A stretch of 64,000 nucleotides of DNA from Fimbriimonadales bacterium (GTDB lineage: Bacteria > Armatimonadota > Fimbriimonadia > Fimbriimonadales > ATM1), in the NCBI GenBank assembly GCA_051003155.1, contig JBPCLO010000008.1:1-64000 (forward strand). The letters are read 5' to 3'. This document shows positions 29,733 through 40,767 of this stretch, piece by piece. Below the pieces are notes generated by a model that saw only the letters and a list, made by a program, of their open reading frames with translations, was not told the DNA's origin and made no database searches. The position numbers were made by a program, and so were the translations under genes. Positions within the stretch are counted from its first letter, which is position 1, and every line of letters starts with the position of its first letter.

Positions 29733-30980
29733 TTGTCCGACGCCGCAGGCCCCCGCAGATTGCAGTTCCGGCTCCCCGATTCATTCGGAGCCTTGCGCCA
29801 CCGAGATTTCAGATTGTTCTGGGTCGGCGCTTTTGTTTCGTTCGTCGGCACGTGGATCCAAAACACCGGCCAGCAATGGCTGGTTTACGAGCTCACGAAC
29901 AGCAAGCAGGCACTCGGCATCGTCACGTTCATCGGCGCCGCGCCGATGTTCTTTCTCAGCCCGCTCGGCGGCTGGCTTGCGGATAGAAGCAACAAGAGGG
30001 TCGTCCTTGTCATTGCTCAGATGACCTTGGCGCTGTCGGCATTCCTGCTCGCCGGCTCGGTCTACTTCGGCTTCGTTTCCTATGAGCTGATCGCGGTCCT
30101 TGCTTTCGTGAACGGCTGCACGTCGGTCATCGAGATTCCCACGCGCCAATCGATGATCAGCGACATTGTCGCGGAGGAAGACCTCGCGAACGCTTTGCCG
30201 CTCAGCGCGGCGACCTTCAATACAGCACGCATCTTGGGGCCTGCGGTGGGTGGCTTACTGCTAGATTCGTTCGGACCCGGCGCATGTTATCTCGTGAACG
30301 GGATCAGTTTCTCGGCGATCGTGTTCGCGATTTTGGCAATCCGAGCCGACCTAAGGAGCACTTCGGACCGCTCGGCATCCATCAAGGATGCCCTTCTTGA
30401 AGGAATTCGCCACGTCGCAAGAACGCCAGCCTTTCGCACGCTTGTTCCGATGATGATGACCACAGCGGTCTTCGGCCTGTTCTACATCGCCTTGCTTTCG
30501 GCTTTTGCCAAGTCGGTTCTGAACGTCGGCGCGCAAGGATTCGGCGCATTGCTGACTTCGACCGGCATCGGCGCGGTTTTGGGGGTTCTCGCAATCGCGA
30601 CCGTGAGCAAGCGGCCTCTTAAGGGCTGGATTCCCATCATCTCGATGGTCGGAATCGGATCGAGCCTCCTCGCGCTCTCTTTCGTCGACAGTTTTCTGAC
30701 GGCCGTGTTTTGCCTCGGTGCGATCGGTCTGTTCGGAGTCGGCCAGATGGTGGGGACGAACACCGCCCTCCAATACTTCAGTCCTCCGGAGTTGCGAGGC
30801 CGCGTAATTTCAGTGCACGTTTGGTCGCTCGCGGGGTTGAGTCCCCTTGGCGCATTGCTCTTCGGCTGGGTCAGCGAACGGGTGGGGCTGCCGCTGGCGT
30901 TTCGGATCGGCGGCGCGACAGTACTGGCAGTCGGGCTGCTCGTGCTTGCGTTTGGGCGTTCGGTCAAGTCTCTCGCTTGA
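29733..30980 (+). CDS. MFS transporter (DUF894/MFS_3 type)
   Basis: ALRHRDFRLFW, GWLADR, FNTARILGPAVGG and LRGRV motifs; about 12 TM. Confidence 0.9.
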   Translation: MSDAAGPRRLQFRLPDSFGALRHRDFRLFWVGAFVSFVGTWIQNTGQQWLVYELTNSKQALGIVTFIGAAPMFFLSPLGGWLADRSNKRVVLVIAQMTLALSAFLLAGSVYFGFVSYELIAVLAFVNGCTSVIEIPTRQSMISDIVAEEDLANALPLSAATFNTARILGPAVGGLLLDSFGPGACYLVNGISFSAIVFAILAIRADLRSTSDRSASIKDALLEGIRHVARTPAFRTLVPMMMTTAVFGLFYIALLSAFAKSVLNVGAQGFGALLTSTGIGAVLGVLAIATVSKRPLKGWIPIISMVGIGSSLLALSFVDSFLTAVFCLGAIGLFGVGQMVGTNTALQYFSPPELRGRVISVHVWSLAGLSPLGALLFGWVSERVGLPLAFRIGGATVLAVGLLVLAFGRSVKSLA

Positions 30981-31000
30981 CCAATGGTAGCATTAGGCGA

Positions 31001-32108
31001 TATGGCCAAGCGCCGTGGCAAGAGAGCGACCGCCGTTTTCCCTGCCCATCGTTCCATCGAAGTCGGAACGCCTCCGGGCACGCTGCTGGCGCCCCCGGAC
31101 GCCCTGTCCACGAGCATTACGGCGATTTCCTACGGGAAGGCCGCGGTGGAAGAATACTCGATCGGCAACCCGTCCGAACTTGCCGGGCTACGCGAGGGGC
31201 CCGGCGTGCTCTGGGTCGACGTCCACGGGCTCGCTGACATGTCTGCAATTCAGCAAATCGGTGACGCCTTCGGATTACATGATCTGGCCCTCGAGGATGT
31301 GCTCAACCTTCACCAGCGAGCGAAGATCGAGTATTACGAAGACCATTATTTTATTGTCGTCCACGCGGTCGACTACCAGGAATCTCTCGAGATCGAGCAG
31401 CTTAGCCTGTTCCTAGGCCCGAACTTCGTGCTGACTTTTCAACCCACGCAAATAGCATGCCTCGACCCCTTGCATGAGCGTCTTCGAAAAAGGCAAGACA
31501 AGATTTATCTGAACGGCTCGGATTATTTGGCATATTCCATCCTCGACGCAGTTATCGACGGATATTTTCCGGTTCTGGAGAAATATGGTGAGATCATAGA
31601 AGAAGCGGAAGAGCGAATCGTCGCCAAACCGACATCGGAATCGCTCGCCAGCATTCACGATGTGCGTCGAGAGTTGCTGAACTTGCGCCGTATAATGTGG
31701 CCCCTAAGAGATGCACTCAATTCGCTTTACCGCGACGAAACCTCGCTAATTACCACCGAGACATTGCCGTATTTGCGCGACTGCTATGACCACGCCGTTC
31801 GAATCATCGATCTCTTGGAGACGTATCGAGAGCTGGGGGCAGATTTACAGGACATTTACCTTTCCAGTGTAAGCAATCGGACAAACGAAGTTATGAAGGT
31901 TCTTACAATTATCACGACTATTTTTATTCCGCTGAGTTTTATCGCCAGCGTTTATGGAATGAATTTTGACCACATGCCAGAATTACGCAAGGAGAACGGC
32001 TACTTCGTTGTCCTTGCCTTTATGGGATTCATAGGCTTGGCACTCGTCTTCTATTTTTGGAAAAGAGGCTGGCTTTCGAAAGACGATTTCGATCCTAGAA
32101 ATCGTTGA
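31001..32108 (+). CDS. corA: Magnesium/cobalt transporter CorA
   Basis: N-terminal GTPPGTL; signature YGMNFDHMPEL. Confidence 0.95.
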
Positions 32109-33477
32109 GGGCCGCCGTCAGCTTCGAAACGGTTGCTTTGGCGTCTCCGAAAAGCATCACAGTGTTCGGCATCGCGTAAAGCTCATTATCCACGCCGGCA
32201 TAACCAGGGTTCATGCTCCTTTTGGAGACCATGCAGGTCTTAGCTTTATCAACGTCCAAAATCGGCATCCCAAAAATAGGGCTATTTCGGTCATATCTCG
32301 CCGCGGGGTTCGTAACGTCGTTCGCGCCGATGACAAGTGCGACGTCGGTTTCCGGGAAAGACGAGTTTATTTCATCAAGATCGAAGAGCTGATCATACGA
32401 CACATCCGCTTCGGCCAATAGGACGTTCATATGCCCAGGCATGCGGCCCGCAACAGGATGGATCGCATACTTTACTTCGATCCCCATTTCCGCTAGCTTA
32501 TTGGCGAGGTCTTTAACGGCATGCTGCGCCTGAGCGACGGCCATTCCATAACCCGGAACGATGATCACGCTATTCGCGCTGGCAAACACTATGGCCGCGT
32601 CTTCTACCGAGTAACTCCGGATATTTCCTTGCGATAAAGAGGCCGCCGTTGCGGCGGCGCGCGAGTTTCCTCCAAGCGCGCCGAACAGCACGCTTTCCAG
32701 TGAACGGTTCATCGCCTTGCACATTTGCAGCGTTAGAATTAGGCCACTCGCGCCGACCAAGCCGCCGCCGATTAGGAGCGCCGTGTTATTCATCACGAAT
32801 CCTGCAAGGCCAGCAGCAACGCCCGTGAGAGAATTCAGCAGCGAAATAACGACAGGCATATCCGCGCCGCCGATCGGCAAAACCGCCAATACGCCGAGAA
32901 GCAGAGAGACGATCAAGATTGCGACGAATGCGCCATTCGTTCCGCCTGTTCCGATGACGAAGAAAGTAAGCGCAATTGCGGATGCGAACAGAACAAGGTT
33001 GATGGGTTTTTGCCCAGGATAGCCTATCGATCGGCCCGGGATGAGTTCCTGCAGTTTCCCGTAAGCGATCATGCTTCCTGAAAAACTAATTGCGCCGATC
33101 AAGGTACTGAGGACGATCGTCAAGATCGAACCGAACGGATGCGTCGACCCGCGCATAAATTCGATCGTGGCCACGAGCGCAACCGCGCCTCCTCCGAGGC
33201 CGTTGAATAGAGCGATCATCTGCGGCATCGCGGTCATCTGCACTTGCCTTGCCGAAACGAATCCAATTACGGTGCCGATCAACAGGGCAACCAGAATCCA
33301 GATCACGTTCGCCGCGTTGAAACCGGGAAGAAAAAACGTCACAACGATCGCTGCGCCCATTCCCAGCGCCGCAAGCCCGTTGCCTAGCCGCGCCGTTCTC
33401 GGCGAGTTCATCAGCTTCAGCGATACGATGAAGCAAATCGCGGTGGCCAGATAAATCCCGCTTACCCAGTCGCTCAC
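32095..33477 (-). CDS. pntB: NAD(P) transhydrogenase subunit beta
   Basis: IGGADMPVV, PGYGMAVAQAQH, HPVAGRMPGHMNV and GANDV motifs. Confidence 0.97.
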   Translation of the reverse strand: MSDWVSGIYLATAICFIVSLKLMNSPRTARLGNGLAALGMGAAIVVTFFLPGFNAANVIWILVALLIGTVIGFVSARQVQMTAMPQMIALFNGLGGGAVALVATIEFMRGSTHPFGSILTIVLSTLIGAISFSGSMIAYGKLQELIPGRSIGYPGQKPINLVLFASAIALTFFVIGTGGTNGAFVAILIVSLLLGVLAVLPIGGADMPVVISLLNSLTGVAAGLAGFVMNNTALLIGGGLVGASGLILTLQMCKAMNRSLESVLFGALGGNSRAAATAASLSQGNIRSYSVEDAAIVFASANSVIIVPGYGMAVAQAQHAVKDLANKLAEMGIEVKYAIHPVAGRMPGHMNVLLAEADVSYDQLFDLDEINSSFPETDVALVIGANDVTNPAARYDRNSPIFGMPILDVDKAKTCMVSKRSMNPGYAGVDNELYAMPNTVMLFGDAKATVSKLTAALNDF

Positions 33478-33764
33478 TGCTTTTTCACCGTCTTCTTCTT
33501 GAACATCTCGAGCATTCGATCGGTGACGACGAAACCACCGACGACGTTTAGTGTTCCGAAGATCACGGCGACCGTCCCGATAATAATTTCAAGCGCGCTA
33601 TTTGCCTGAGCCAAAACGATGAGTGCGCCGACCAAGATTACCCCGTGAATCGCATTTGTCGCGGACATCAGAGGTGTATGCAAGGTCGGAGGCACTTTGG
33701 AAATAACCTCCACGCCCACAAACACCGCCAAAACAAAAATCGTAATTGTTGCGACAAGATCCAT
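33474..33764 (-). CDS. pntAB: NAD(P) transhydrogenase subunit alpha, membrane part
   Basis: VPPTLHTPLMS and GGFVVTDRMLEMF motifs. Confidence 0.95.
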   Translation of the reverse strand: MDLVATITIFVLAVFVGVEVISKVPPTLHTPLMSATNAIHGVILVGALIVLAQANSALEIIIGTVAVIFGTLNVVGGFVVTDRMLEMFKKKTVKKQ

Positions 33765-34913
33765 TTATCCGATCCCCCTTTCTATCAGCAGCCGGGTTGG
33801 CTCGTGCATGATCTTTCCTTCGTAGGTCAACAGCGCTCCCCTTGTCACGGCATCGTCAAGATTCACGACGAACGACCCCTCGTTAAGTAAGTGACTCACG
33901 AAGGCAGTGATGTTCTTCGAATACATTTGGCTAGCGTGCACGGCCATCGTGCTGGGCATGTCGAAAAGCCCAATAATCGTTACGCCGAATTTCACGACGG
34001 TCTGCCCTGGAACCGTCAATTCGCAGTTCCCGCCGTTGACCGCGGCGAGGTCGACGATGACGCTTCCCCGAGACATCGTGCGAACCATTTCCTCGGTAAT
34101 CAGTTTTGGGGCGGGCCTGCCGGGGATCAGGGCGGTAGTAATCACAACGTCGCTTTTGGGAAGCTGCTGGGCGATGACCCCGAGTTCGTGCACGTGCGTG
34201 TCGGACGAAACCTCTTTGGCGTAGCCGCCGGCGTCTTCGGCCTCCTCGGAGGAAAGGCCCAAGTCTACGTATTTCGCACCGAGGCTCTCCACTTGCTCCT
34301 TCACTGCGGGTCGAACGTCGAACGCCTCCACAATCGCTCCCAGGCGCCTCGCGGTGGCGATCGCTTGCAGGCCGGCCACTCCAGCACCGATCACCAAGAC
34401 TCGTGCTGGCGCGATGCTACCAGCGGCCGTCATGAGCATCGGAAAGAACTTCGGTAGTTCTGCCGCCGCCAAGAGCACGCCCTTGTACCCTGCAATCGTG
34501 CTCATCGAACTCAACGCGTCCATCGTCTGGGCGCGCGAGATTCGAGGCATGAGGTCCATCGCAAAGCAGGTGATGCGCTGCGCGTTGAGCGCTCTCACTG
34601 TAGCCACGTTGGCCTGTGGAAACATGAACGCTACGAGCGCCGAGCCTGCCTTCATGCTCGGTAGGGCCCCAGGATGCCCATCCATCGGACCGGTAACCTG
34701 AAGAACCATGTCGGCCTTCGAGATCGCCTCGCCGTCCGTCATGGTTGCGCCCGCTTGCTCGTACGCCGCGTTCGCGATCGAGGCGCCGTGGCCCGCATCG
34801 CGTTCGACCAGGACATATGCACCTTGTGCGATCAACGCACGGGCGCCGTCAGGCGCCAATGCGACTCGTCTTTCGCCGGGCGTCGTTTCTTTGGGTACCG
34901 CAATGATCAACAT
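33765..34913 (-). CDS. pntAA: NAD(P) transhydrogenase subunit alpha, NAD-binding part
   Basis: GERRVA, PRISRAQ, GAGVAGLQA and TALIPG motifs. Confidence 0.95.
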   Translation of the reverse strand: MLIIAVPKETTPGERRVALAPDGARALIAQGAYVLVERDAGHGASIANAAYEQAGATMTDGEAISKADMVLQVTGPMDGHPGALPSMKAGSALVAFMFPQANVATVRALNAQRITCFAMDLMPRISRAQTMDALSSMSTIAGYKGVLLAAAELPKFFPMLMTAAGSIAPARVLVIGAGVAGLQAIATARRLGAIVEAFDVRPAVKEQVESLGAKYVDLGLSSEEAEDAGGYAKEVSSDTHVHELGVIAQQLPKSDVVITTALIPGRPAPKLITEEMVRTMSRGSVIVDLAAVNGGNCELTVPGQTVVKFGVTIIGLFDMPSTMAVHASQMYSKNITAFVSHLLNEGSFVVNLDDAVTRGALLTYEGKIMHEPTRLLIERGIG

Positions 34914-34974
34914 TTCCCTCCGCTACGTTCGGAATGGTATACTACACCAGCGCCGCCGGGGCGCTTTTTTCATT

Positions 34975-36264
34975 ATGCCTACGCTAATAATCGTTGGCGC
35001 ACTTTGGGGAGACGAAGCCAAAGGCAAACTTGTAGACGTCCTCGCCGAACAGGCACAGTGGAATGTCCGGTTCAGCGGGGGCAACAACGCTGGGCACACC
35101 GTTCGCACCGGCGGCATCACGTACCGATTCCACCTCATCCCTTCGGGAATTCTGCACCCGGATTGCACCGCAGTTCTGGCTGGCGGCATGGTCGTTTGCC
35201 CTAAAGCGCTGCTGGAAGAACTCGCCGAGACTAAAGAGAAAGCGGGCACGCTGGGCAAACTCCTGATCAGCGCATCGGCACACGTGGTATTCCCCTATCA
35301 TCGCCAAATTGACGCACTCGAAGAAGCGCTTAGGGGAGATTCCAAGATCGGTACGACGAGCCGCGGGATCGGACCGGCCTATCAGGACAAAGCCGCCAGG
35401 ATCGGAATCCGTATGGGAGAGTTTGTTGACCCCGCTCGCTTTGCTGCGCGGCTCAAGGACGTGCTGGGCTACAAAAACAAACTGCTCAAGCTCCTGGGCG
35501 GTGAATCGATCGATTTTGACAGGCTTTATTACGAATACTGTACTTATGCGACACAGATCAAACCGTTTGTCGCCGACGTTGAGCGCGACGTCAATGACGC
35601 CATTCGCAAAGGAGAGCCTGTTCTCTTCGAGGGCGCGCAAGGGGCCCTCTTAGATCTTGACCAAGGAACGTATCCTTATGTGACGAGCAGTCATCCGATC
35701 GCCGCGGGCGCATGTATCGGAACCGGCCTTTCGCCGAATCGGGTCGACAATGTCTTAGGCGTCTGTGTAGCCTACGCTACCCGCGTCGGCTCGGGCCCAT
35801 TTCCGAGCGAACTTTGTGGCGAACTCGCTGAAAGAATTCGCGAGGCCGGCAACGAATACGGCACCACGACAGGTAGGCCGAGAAGATGTGGTTGGCTAGA
35901 CTTGGTCGCGCTCAGGCAATCCTGTCACATGAATGGATTCACAAGCCTTGCCGTCACGCGCCTCGACGTGCTCGGCGGATTCGACACCGTGGGCCTTTGC
36001 ACTTCCTACGACATAGGCGGCCGCCGGGTAGACTGGATGCCTTCCGACGCCAACGAGCTCGAAAAGGCAGAGCCGGCTTTCGAGACAATGCGAGGCTGGG
36101 AGGGCGACATCTCCGGATGCAGGTCGTTCGCGGACCTGCCCGAAGCTGCCCGCACCTTCGTGGAGCGCATCGCAGAGTTCACCGAAACGCCTGTATCGAT
36201 CCTTTCGATTGGAGCCAGCCGAGAGGAAACGATCATCGCCAGGCCCGAACTGCTCTGGAAGTAG
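34975..36264 (+). CDS. purA: Adenylosuccinate synthetase
   Basis: WGDEAKGK, GGNNAGHT, EGAQG and TTGRPRRCGWLD motifs. Confidence 0.98.
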   Translation: MPTLIIVGALWGDEAKGKLVDVLAEQAQWNVRFSGGNNAGHTVRTGGITYRFHLIPSGILHPDCTAVLAGGMVVCPKALLEELAETKEKAGTLGKLLISASAHVVFPYHRQIDALEEALRGDSKIGTTSRGIGPAYQDKAARIGIRMGEFVDPARFAARLKDVLGYKNKLLKLLGGESIDFDRLYYEYCTYATQIKPFVADVERDVNDAIRKGEPVLFEGAQGALLDLDQGTYPYVTSSHPIAAGACIGTGLSPNRVDNVLGVCVAYATRVGSGPFPSELCGELAERIREAGNEYGTTTGRPRRCGWLDLVALRQSCHMNGFTSLAVTRLDVLGGFDTVGLCTSYDIGGRRVDWMPSDANELEKAEPAFETMRGWEGDISGCRSFADLPEAARTFVERIAEFTETPVSILSIGASREETIIARPELLWK

Positions 36265-36319
36265 GTCAAGCCTGCGCTGACGGGGACTTTTGCCGGAATC
36301 AGCCGCAAAACCGCGTACA

Positions 36320-36800
36320 ATGTTAGACGTGCCTCAGCCGTACTGGCGGATCTGCATGTTCGGCGGTCTTCGGGTCACGGTCCCGGGGGCGAAGAGGTTA
36401 CGCGATTCGAGACCCGCAAGTCTGGCGCCCTCTTGGCGGAACTCGCCCTCGACATTGGCCGCTACGGAGACCGAAACGAACTGGCGGACCTGTTTTGGCC
36501 AGGTTATGAGCCGGAAGTTGCTAACAACAGCTTGCGTCAAGCCCTCGCTTCGATTCGGAGAACGCTTCACGATGAGGACCGCGGCGACAGCCCTTCGTTG
36601 AACCGACCACCTTCGCGTTCGCCTGAATCCCGCGCTTGGCACTTCCGATGCACACGAGTTCGTGCAACTTTTGAAGACGGACTCCGACCTTTCCGCTGCC
36701 GTCGCTCTTTACGGCGGGCCTTGCTGCCCGAGATTTCCGATGACCACATTGCCGTTCGAAGGGATCACTTTGCCGAGCAGAACGTTTTGTCGCGAGGCTG
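36320..36800 (+). pseudogene. Degraded SARP/BTAD-type transcriptional activator
   Basis: Fragments in different frames: WRICMFGGLRV, then LLAELAL...DRNELADLFWP...NNSLRQALASIRR. Confidence 0.65.
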
Positions 36801-36859
36801 AAACTTGCGACCCGCCTTGCCAATAGCGACCTGCACGCCGCGGCCCAACTCGGACAGTT

Positions 36860-37241
36860 GAGCGCGTGGCCGCTCGGCGCGCTCGCGCTACGGGCCGCGT
36901 CGTTATCGGGACGGACGCAGTGCCTGAAGAAACTCGCGAGGCTTGGCAGATGCGGCTCAATCGTCTTCAGTTCGCTTGCGGCTGCGTCAAGGCGACAGAT
37001 CGGGTTGGCCGTCGGAACGGTCGGCTACTTGGCGTGGTTAGGCCTCTCTCCCGGGGGCTTTGCGCGCTTCGGTGGAACGGCCTTTGGTACGGCCTCGCGG
37101 CCGTCGTCGTCACTGCCGGGATCGGAAAGATTGTCGGTCTCTGGTCGGCGAACAACAAGTTTGGCTACGGCGATCGATGAGATTCAGCGCGAGTGGAGGG
37201 CCGAGCCGTTGCCGGATGGCGATCCGGACATGTGCGGTTAG
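36860..37241 (+). pseudogene. Probable frameshifted small membrane protein
   Basis: Protein-like segments alternate between frames (EAWQMRLNRLQFACGC / IGLAVGTVGYLAWL / LWYGLAAVVVTAGIGKIVGL / LATAIDEIQREW). Confidence 0.35.
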
Positions 37242-39439
37242 AACAGCAGGCCACGTAGAAGGTATGTCCCTGCGGGGCTCGAAAGCAAGTTTGGCGGTTG
37301 GAAACCAAAACCGCCGTAGGCGCGCAAAGTCGTTACGATCATCTCCCCCTCTCCACGCCTGACCCTGACTGCAACCGGCAGTTCTTCATAGGTCCGGGTG
37401 TCGATCCGGAGCAGCAGCGGCTCGGCTCCCTCAGGCAAGACGGCGGGGTCGAGGGTGCGATCGCCCAGCGTCATCAACAGCGTCGGCCAGCGCCCGCCCA
37501 GCAGCGCGTCGTACTTCGGGTCAGGAAATTCGTATGCCGCCTCTCGAAACGCTGGCCGCGCCGGGCCCTCGGAAGCGAACACGATAAGTCGGGAGCCGTT
37601 TTCGACACGTTCCTCCCAATCTGCCGGTAATTCCGTGGACACCAGGTTCGGACCACCTCCAAACGCCGTGCCGTCGAACATCCCGCTCCTATCCAACAAA
37701 GTCCATCCGTTCGTGTCGATTTCTGGGGAAACCACTGTGATCGGCCACGACTTGGCGATGATCGGCTCGCTCCCCGCCCGTACCTCGACCTCGAGGTTGC
37801 CGCACGCGTTTGTCGGCGCCTCCCAACGGACGTTCGCAACTTCGCACGGCACAAGCCGGGCGGCCTCGAAGTCTTCCTCCCCTTCCGCGGCCACGGCTCC
37901 GTTTAGAATCAGGCGCCAGTGAGCGATGCCGCGAAGACCGTCTTCAGAATGAAGGCCCACCCGCAGGGCTCGCTGCCCGGTGAAATGATGCCAAGCGTCG
38001 GACGAGCTCGCACGGTTGCCGCCCGTCAACCACGGAAACCGCCGCGAGGGAACAAGAAATAGCACATCGGGACCCATGAATCCCCGTGTCTCTTCCGGCG
38101 CAAACCTCGGCGATCCCCAGTCGTCGAACCAGCCGCTGCTCGAAATCGGCGTGTCGGCCCAGCCGGTGATGACGCTTCCCGCGAAGCTGTCCCGCGAGCG
38201 AAGCCATTCCTGAAACATCCGATGGGCGAACAGCTTCATCCCCCTGCTGCTTTCCATGAGCTTCCGATGTCGCTCTTCATCCATCGAGAACTTATCGATA
38301 ACGTCCGGCAGGTCGTACTGCCAGCGCACACCCTTGTCGTTCAGCTTTGGATCTGCGCTCGACCAATACGGCTTCTCGGCTGCAATTCGAGGCAAGTCGC
38401 GGTGAACATCGAAGTCGTTGCATTCGCCGAACAGGACGAGCTTCCCCGAACGCGGCCCCGGAGCCAAGGCATCGAGGACCGCGGGAAAGTGCGCCAGGTC
38501 GCAATAAGGATGGAAGTCCTCGAAATCACCGAACTCGGCCGGGTCGCCGCCGTACATCTCCGCTCCACCGGAACTATCTTTCACCAAAGCTCCTCCTGAC
38601 AGCTCCTTCACCCTGCCGAATAAGGAGCGACGATCCGAGCGCGACATCTGCGAGCCCAGCTCGCAGCCGATCGTCCAGAGAATAATCGCGGGGTGATGTC
38701 GATACTGCAGTACGATTCGCTCGATCTCCCTGGTGGTTTGCGCCACGTCCTCGGGCCGCGAGCCCGGATTCCAAACGGGGAGTTCCATCCAGCCGAACAT
38801 TCCCAGTTCATCGAGAGCGTCCAGGTACTCGTGTGGTGGCGCCCAAAGGCAGAACTTCACCAGGTTGAACCCCATATCCTGGGCGGCCCTCGCTTCGGAA
38901 AGGCATCGCTCGCGGCTCGGGTTCGGATGCCGCAGGTCCGGATACCATCCCCAATGAAGCAAACCGCGAATGAAGGTCGGCTTGCCATCGACGTATAACT
39001 TTGGGCCCTCGACTGACGTCCTCACCGGGGCCGCGGGCTGGGGCGTCGGCGCGCCCGCGACCCACTCCACGTCCTTGTGAATCCCCCCGAAGGTTCCGAA
39101 CACGTGCGGTAGAAAACCCGAGGCCACACTACTCACCGGGAAGCGAGGACCGCCGTTCTTCACCACTTCCACACGAACCTCGACGGGTTCCTCGGCAACA
39201 ACGGGCACCGAGAACGCATCCCATAACCCTAGGTGCTCCGCTCGAAGTTCGTCGCCGATGAAGACTCTCGCATGGGCGCTCACTCCATGGAACACCAGAT
39301 GCCCCGAACCCGGTCCGATCACCCTGCGGTAGACGGCCGGTCCTTCCCATCGAAGGTCGACCTCTTCGCCCCATACGTGAGGCAGGGTGACGGGCTTTGG
39401 GCCCTCTCCGTAGTCGACCGTCCACTCGGAAAGGGGCAT
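37238..39439 (-). CDS. GH2-like glycoside hydrolase (TIM barrel)
   Basis: Sugar-binding N-terminal domain; MGFNLVKFC and HHPAIILWTIGCE motifs. Confidence 0.75.
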   Translation of the reverse strand: MPLSEWTVDYGEGPKPVTLPHVWGEEVDLRWEGPAVYRRVIGPGSGHLVFHGVSAHARVFIGDELRAEHLGLWDAFSVPVVAEEPVEVRVEVVKNGGPRFPVSSVASGFLPHVFGTFGGIHKDVEWVAGAPTPQPAAPVRTSVEGPKLYVDGKPTFIRGLLHWGWYPDLRHPNPSRERCLSEARAAQDMGFNLVKFCLWAPPHEYLDALDELGMFGWMELPVWNPGSRPEDVAQTTREIERIVLQYRHHPAIILWTIGCELGSQMSRSDRRSLFGRVKELSGGALVKDSSGGAEMYGGDPAEFGDFEDFHPYCDLAHFPAVLDALAPGPRSGKLVLFGECNDFDVHRDLPRIAAEKPYWSSADPKLNDKGVRWQYDLPDVIDKFSMDEERHRKLMESSRGMKLFAHRMFQEWLRSRDSFAGSVITGWADTPISSSGWFDDWGSPRFAPEETRGFMGPDVLFLVPSRRFPWLTGGNRASSSDAWHHFTGQRALRVGLHSEDGLRGIAHWRLILNGAVAAEGEEDFEAARLVPCEVANVRWEAPTNACGNLEVEVRAGSEPIIAKSWPITVVSPEIDTNGWTLLDRSGMFDGTAFGGGPNLVSTELPADWEERVENGSRLIVFASEGPARPAFREAAYEFPDPKYDALLGGRWPTLLMTLGDRTLDPAVLPEGAEPLLLRIDTRTYEELPVAVRVRRGEGEMIVTTLRAYGGFGFQPPNLLSSPAGTYLLRGLLF

Positions 39440-39501
39440 TTACGATTGAGCTTTGCAGACCTCGTCGGTCACCCGCGATTCCGTCTTGATTTCGCACTTC
39501 A

Positions 39502-39849
39502 TCAGAAGAATCGCTCGTGGACGATCTTGCCATTCTCGACCGTGTAGAGGCAGTGCTCGCTCATGGTTTGCCGTTCGCCTGTCGCCTTGTTCGTGATATC
39601 GACCTCGAGCTTGATGAGGAACTGCGGCTCGTTCACCCATGGCCCTTCGATCTTCTGGCCATGCAGCTCGAACGCATTGTTCCACGAGTCGATCTTCGCC
39701 TTGATCGCGTCCATGCCGCACGTTTCCCGATCGTCGCCTTCTGCTTCGACGCTGACGATGTCGTCCGAGTAGTACTTGAACGAAGCTTCGTCGAATTTCC
39801 CTTCTGAGCAGAGGGCGACCAGGCCGTCTGCGACTTCTTTCGCACTCAT
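39502..39849 (-). CDS. SnoaL-like / NTF2-fold protein
   Basis: YSDDIVSVE...YTVENGKIVHERF pattern. Confidence 0.85.
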   Translation of the reverse strand: MSAKEVADGLVALCSEGKFDEASFKYYSDDIVSVEAEGDDRETCGMDAIKAKIDSWNNAFELHGQKIEGPWVNEPQFLIKLEVDITNKATGERQTMSEHCLYTVENGKIVHERFF

Positions 39850-40164
39850 GCGCCCATTGTAGTCGGCTCAGCGGCTCAGCCGTTGTTTCCGTCCGGAGTT
39901 CCAGTTCGACACCGGACGATTGACCCGATATGGGCGCAGGACTTTCTCCAATTCCATGTATGCGCGATGCTTGATGTCGCAGTGCACCGCGCTCTTGGGA
40001 CCGTAGATCTTCACCTCGCCGTAGCCGACTATTAGCATCAGCGAGACAGCCAACTAGCCCGATATATGAGCTAACGAACTCGGACGGTCACTGCGTTTCC
40101 CGGTGGCTCCACCTGTCGCCGCGCTTCAAACCACGCGCGGCGACAAGCGAAATGTTCGCGGGTA

Positions 40165-40767
40165 CTACCGCCGGCGGCGAATCGCGAGACTGCCAAGACC
40201 CACCGCCAAAGCAACGAGGGCGCCCGGCTCGGGAACCGGGTTCGCCTGGATGTCATCGCTCATGATAAAGCCATTGAATTGATTGTTGGCGATGATCACG
40301 ATGCGCGAGAGACCATCGGCGTACTCCCAGCCGTTCCAAGCCCATTGGCCCATAGGCGCGCTGACGACGAGCGGATCGCCCACCTGAGCGCCGCCCGCAT
40401 CGTAGAAAGTTGCCATTGCGTCAGGTGCGTCCGCATTCGTACCGAACCACCCGCCGAACTGAACGACCGGGCTCGCAAAGTTGAACTCATAGTTGACGCC
40501 GGCGCCTCCCATAAAGGCTTCGCCGCTGTGCGGGAAGATCGTGCTGAAGAATCCCCAGCCGGTCGTAATGTGGAGGCCCTGGCCGGCTCCCACCTGATCG
40601 ACGGAGCTCCCGTCGCCGAGAATGTCGTACGAAGTCAAGAACTGGCCCCTCGGCTGCGTCTCGTAAGAGTCGGACATAGCGCCCGTGAACTCGCCGATCG
40701 GAACGACCTGGGCCGATGCCACTACCGGCGTCAAGGCGCAAATGACTATGAACTGTCTAATTGACAT
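40165..40767 (-). CDS. PEP-CTERM sorting-domain secreted protein
   Basis: Signal peptide ending ASAQ; VPEPGALVALAVGLGSLAIRRRR tail; RBS aggag. Confidence 0.92.
   Translation of the reverse strand: MSIRQFIVICALTPVVASAQVVPIGEFTGAMSDSYETQPRGQFLTSYDILGDGSSVDQVGAGQGLHITTGWGFFSTIFPHSGEAFMGGAGVNYEFNFASPVVQFGGWFGTNADAPDAMATFYDAGGAQVGDPLVVSAPMGQWAWNGWEYADGLSRIVIIANNQFNGFIMSDDIQANPVPEPGALVALAVGLGSLAIRRRR

Noticed and set aside
39868..40053. 61-aa minus-strand ORF
   Set aside because: Weak start, no RBS and no motif; cannot be supported.
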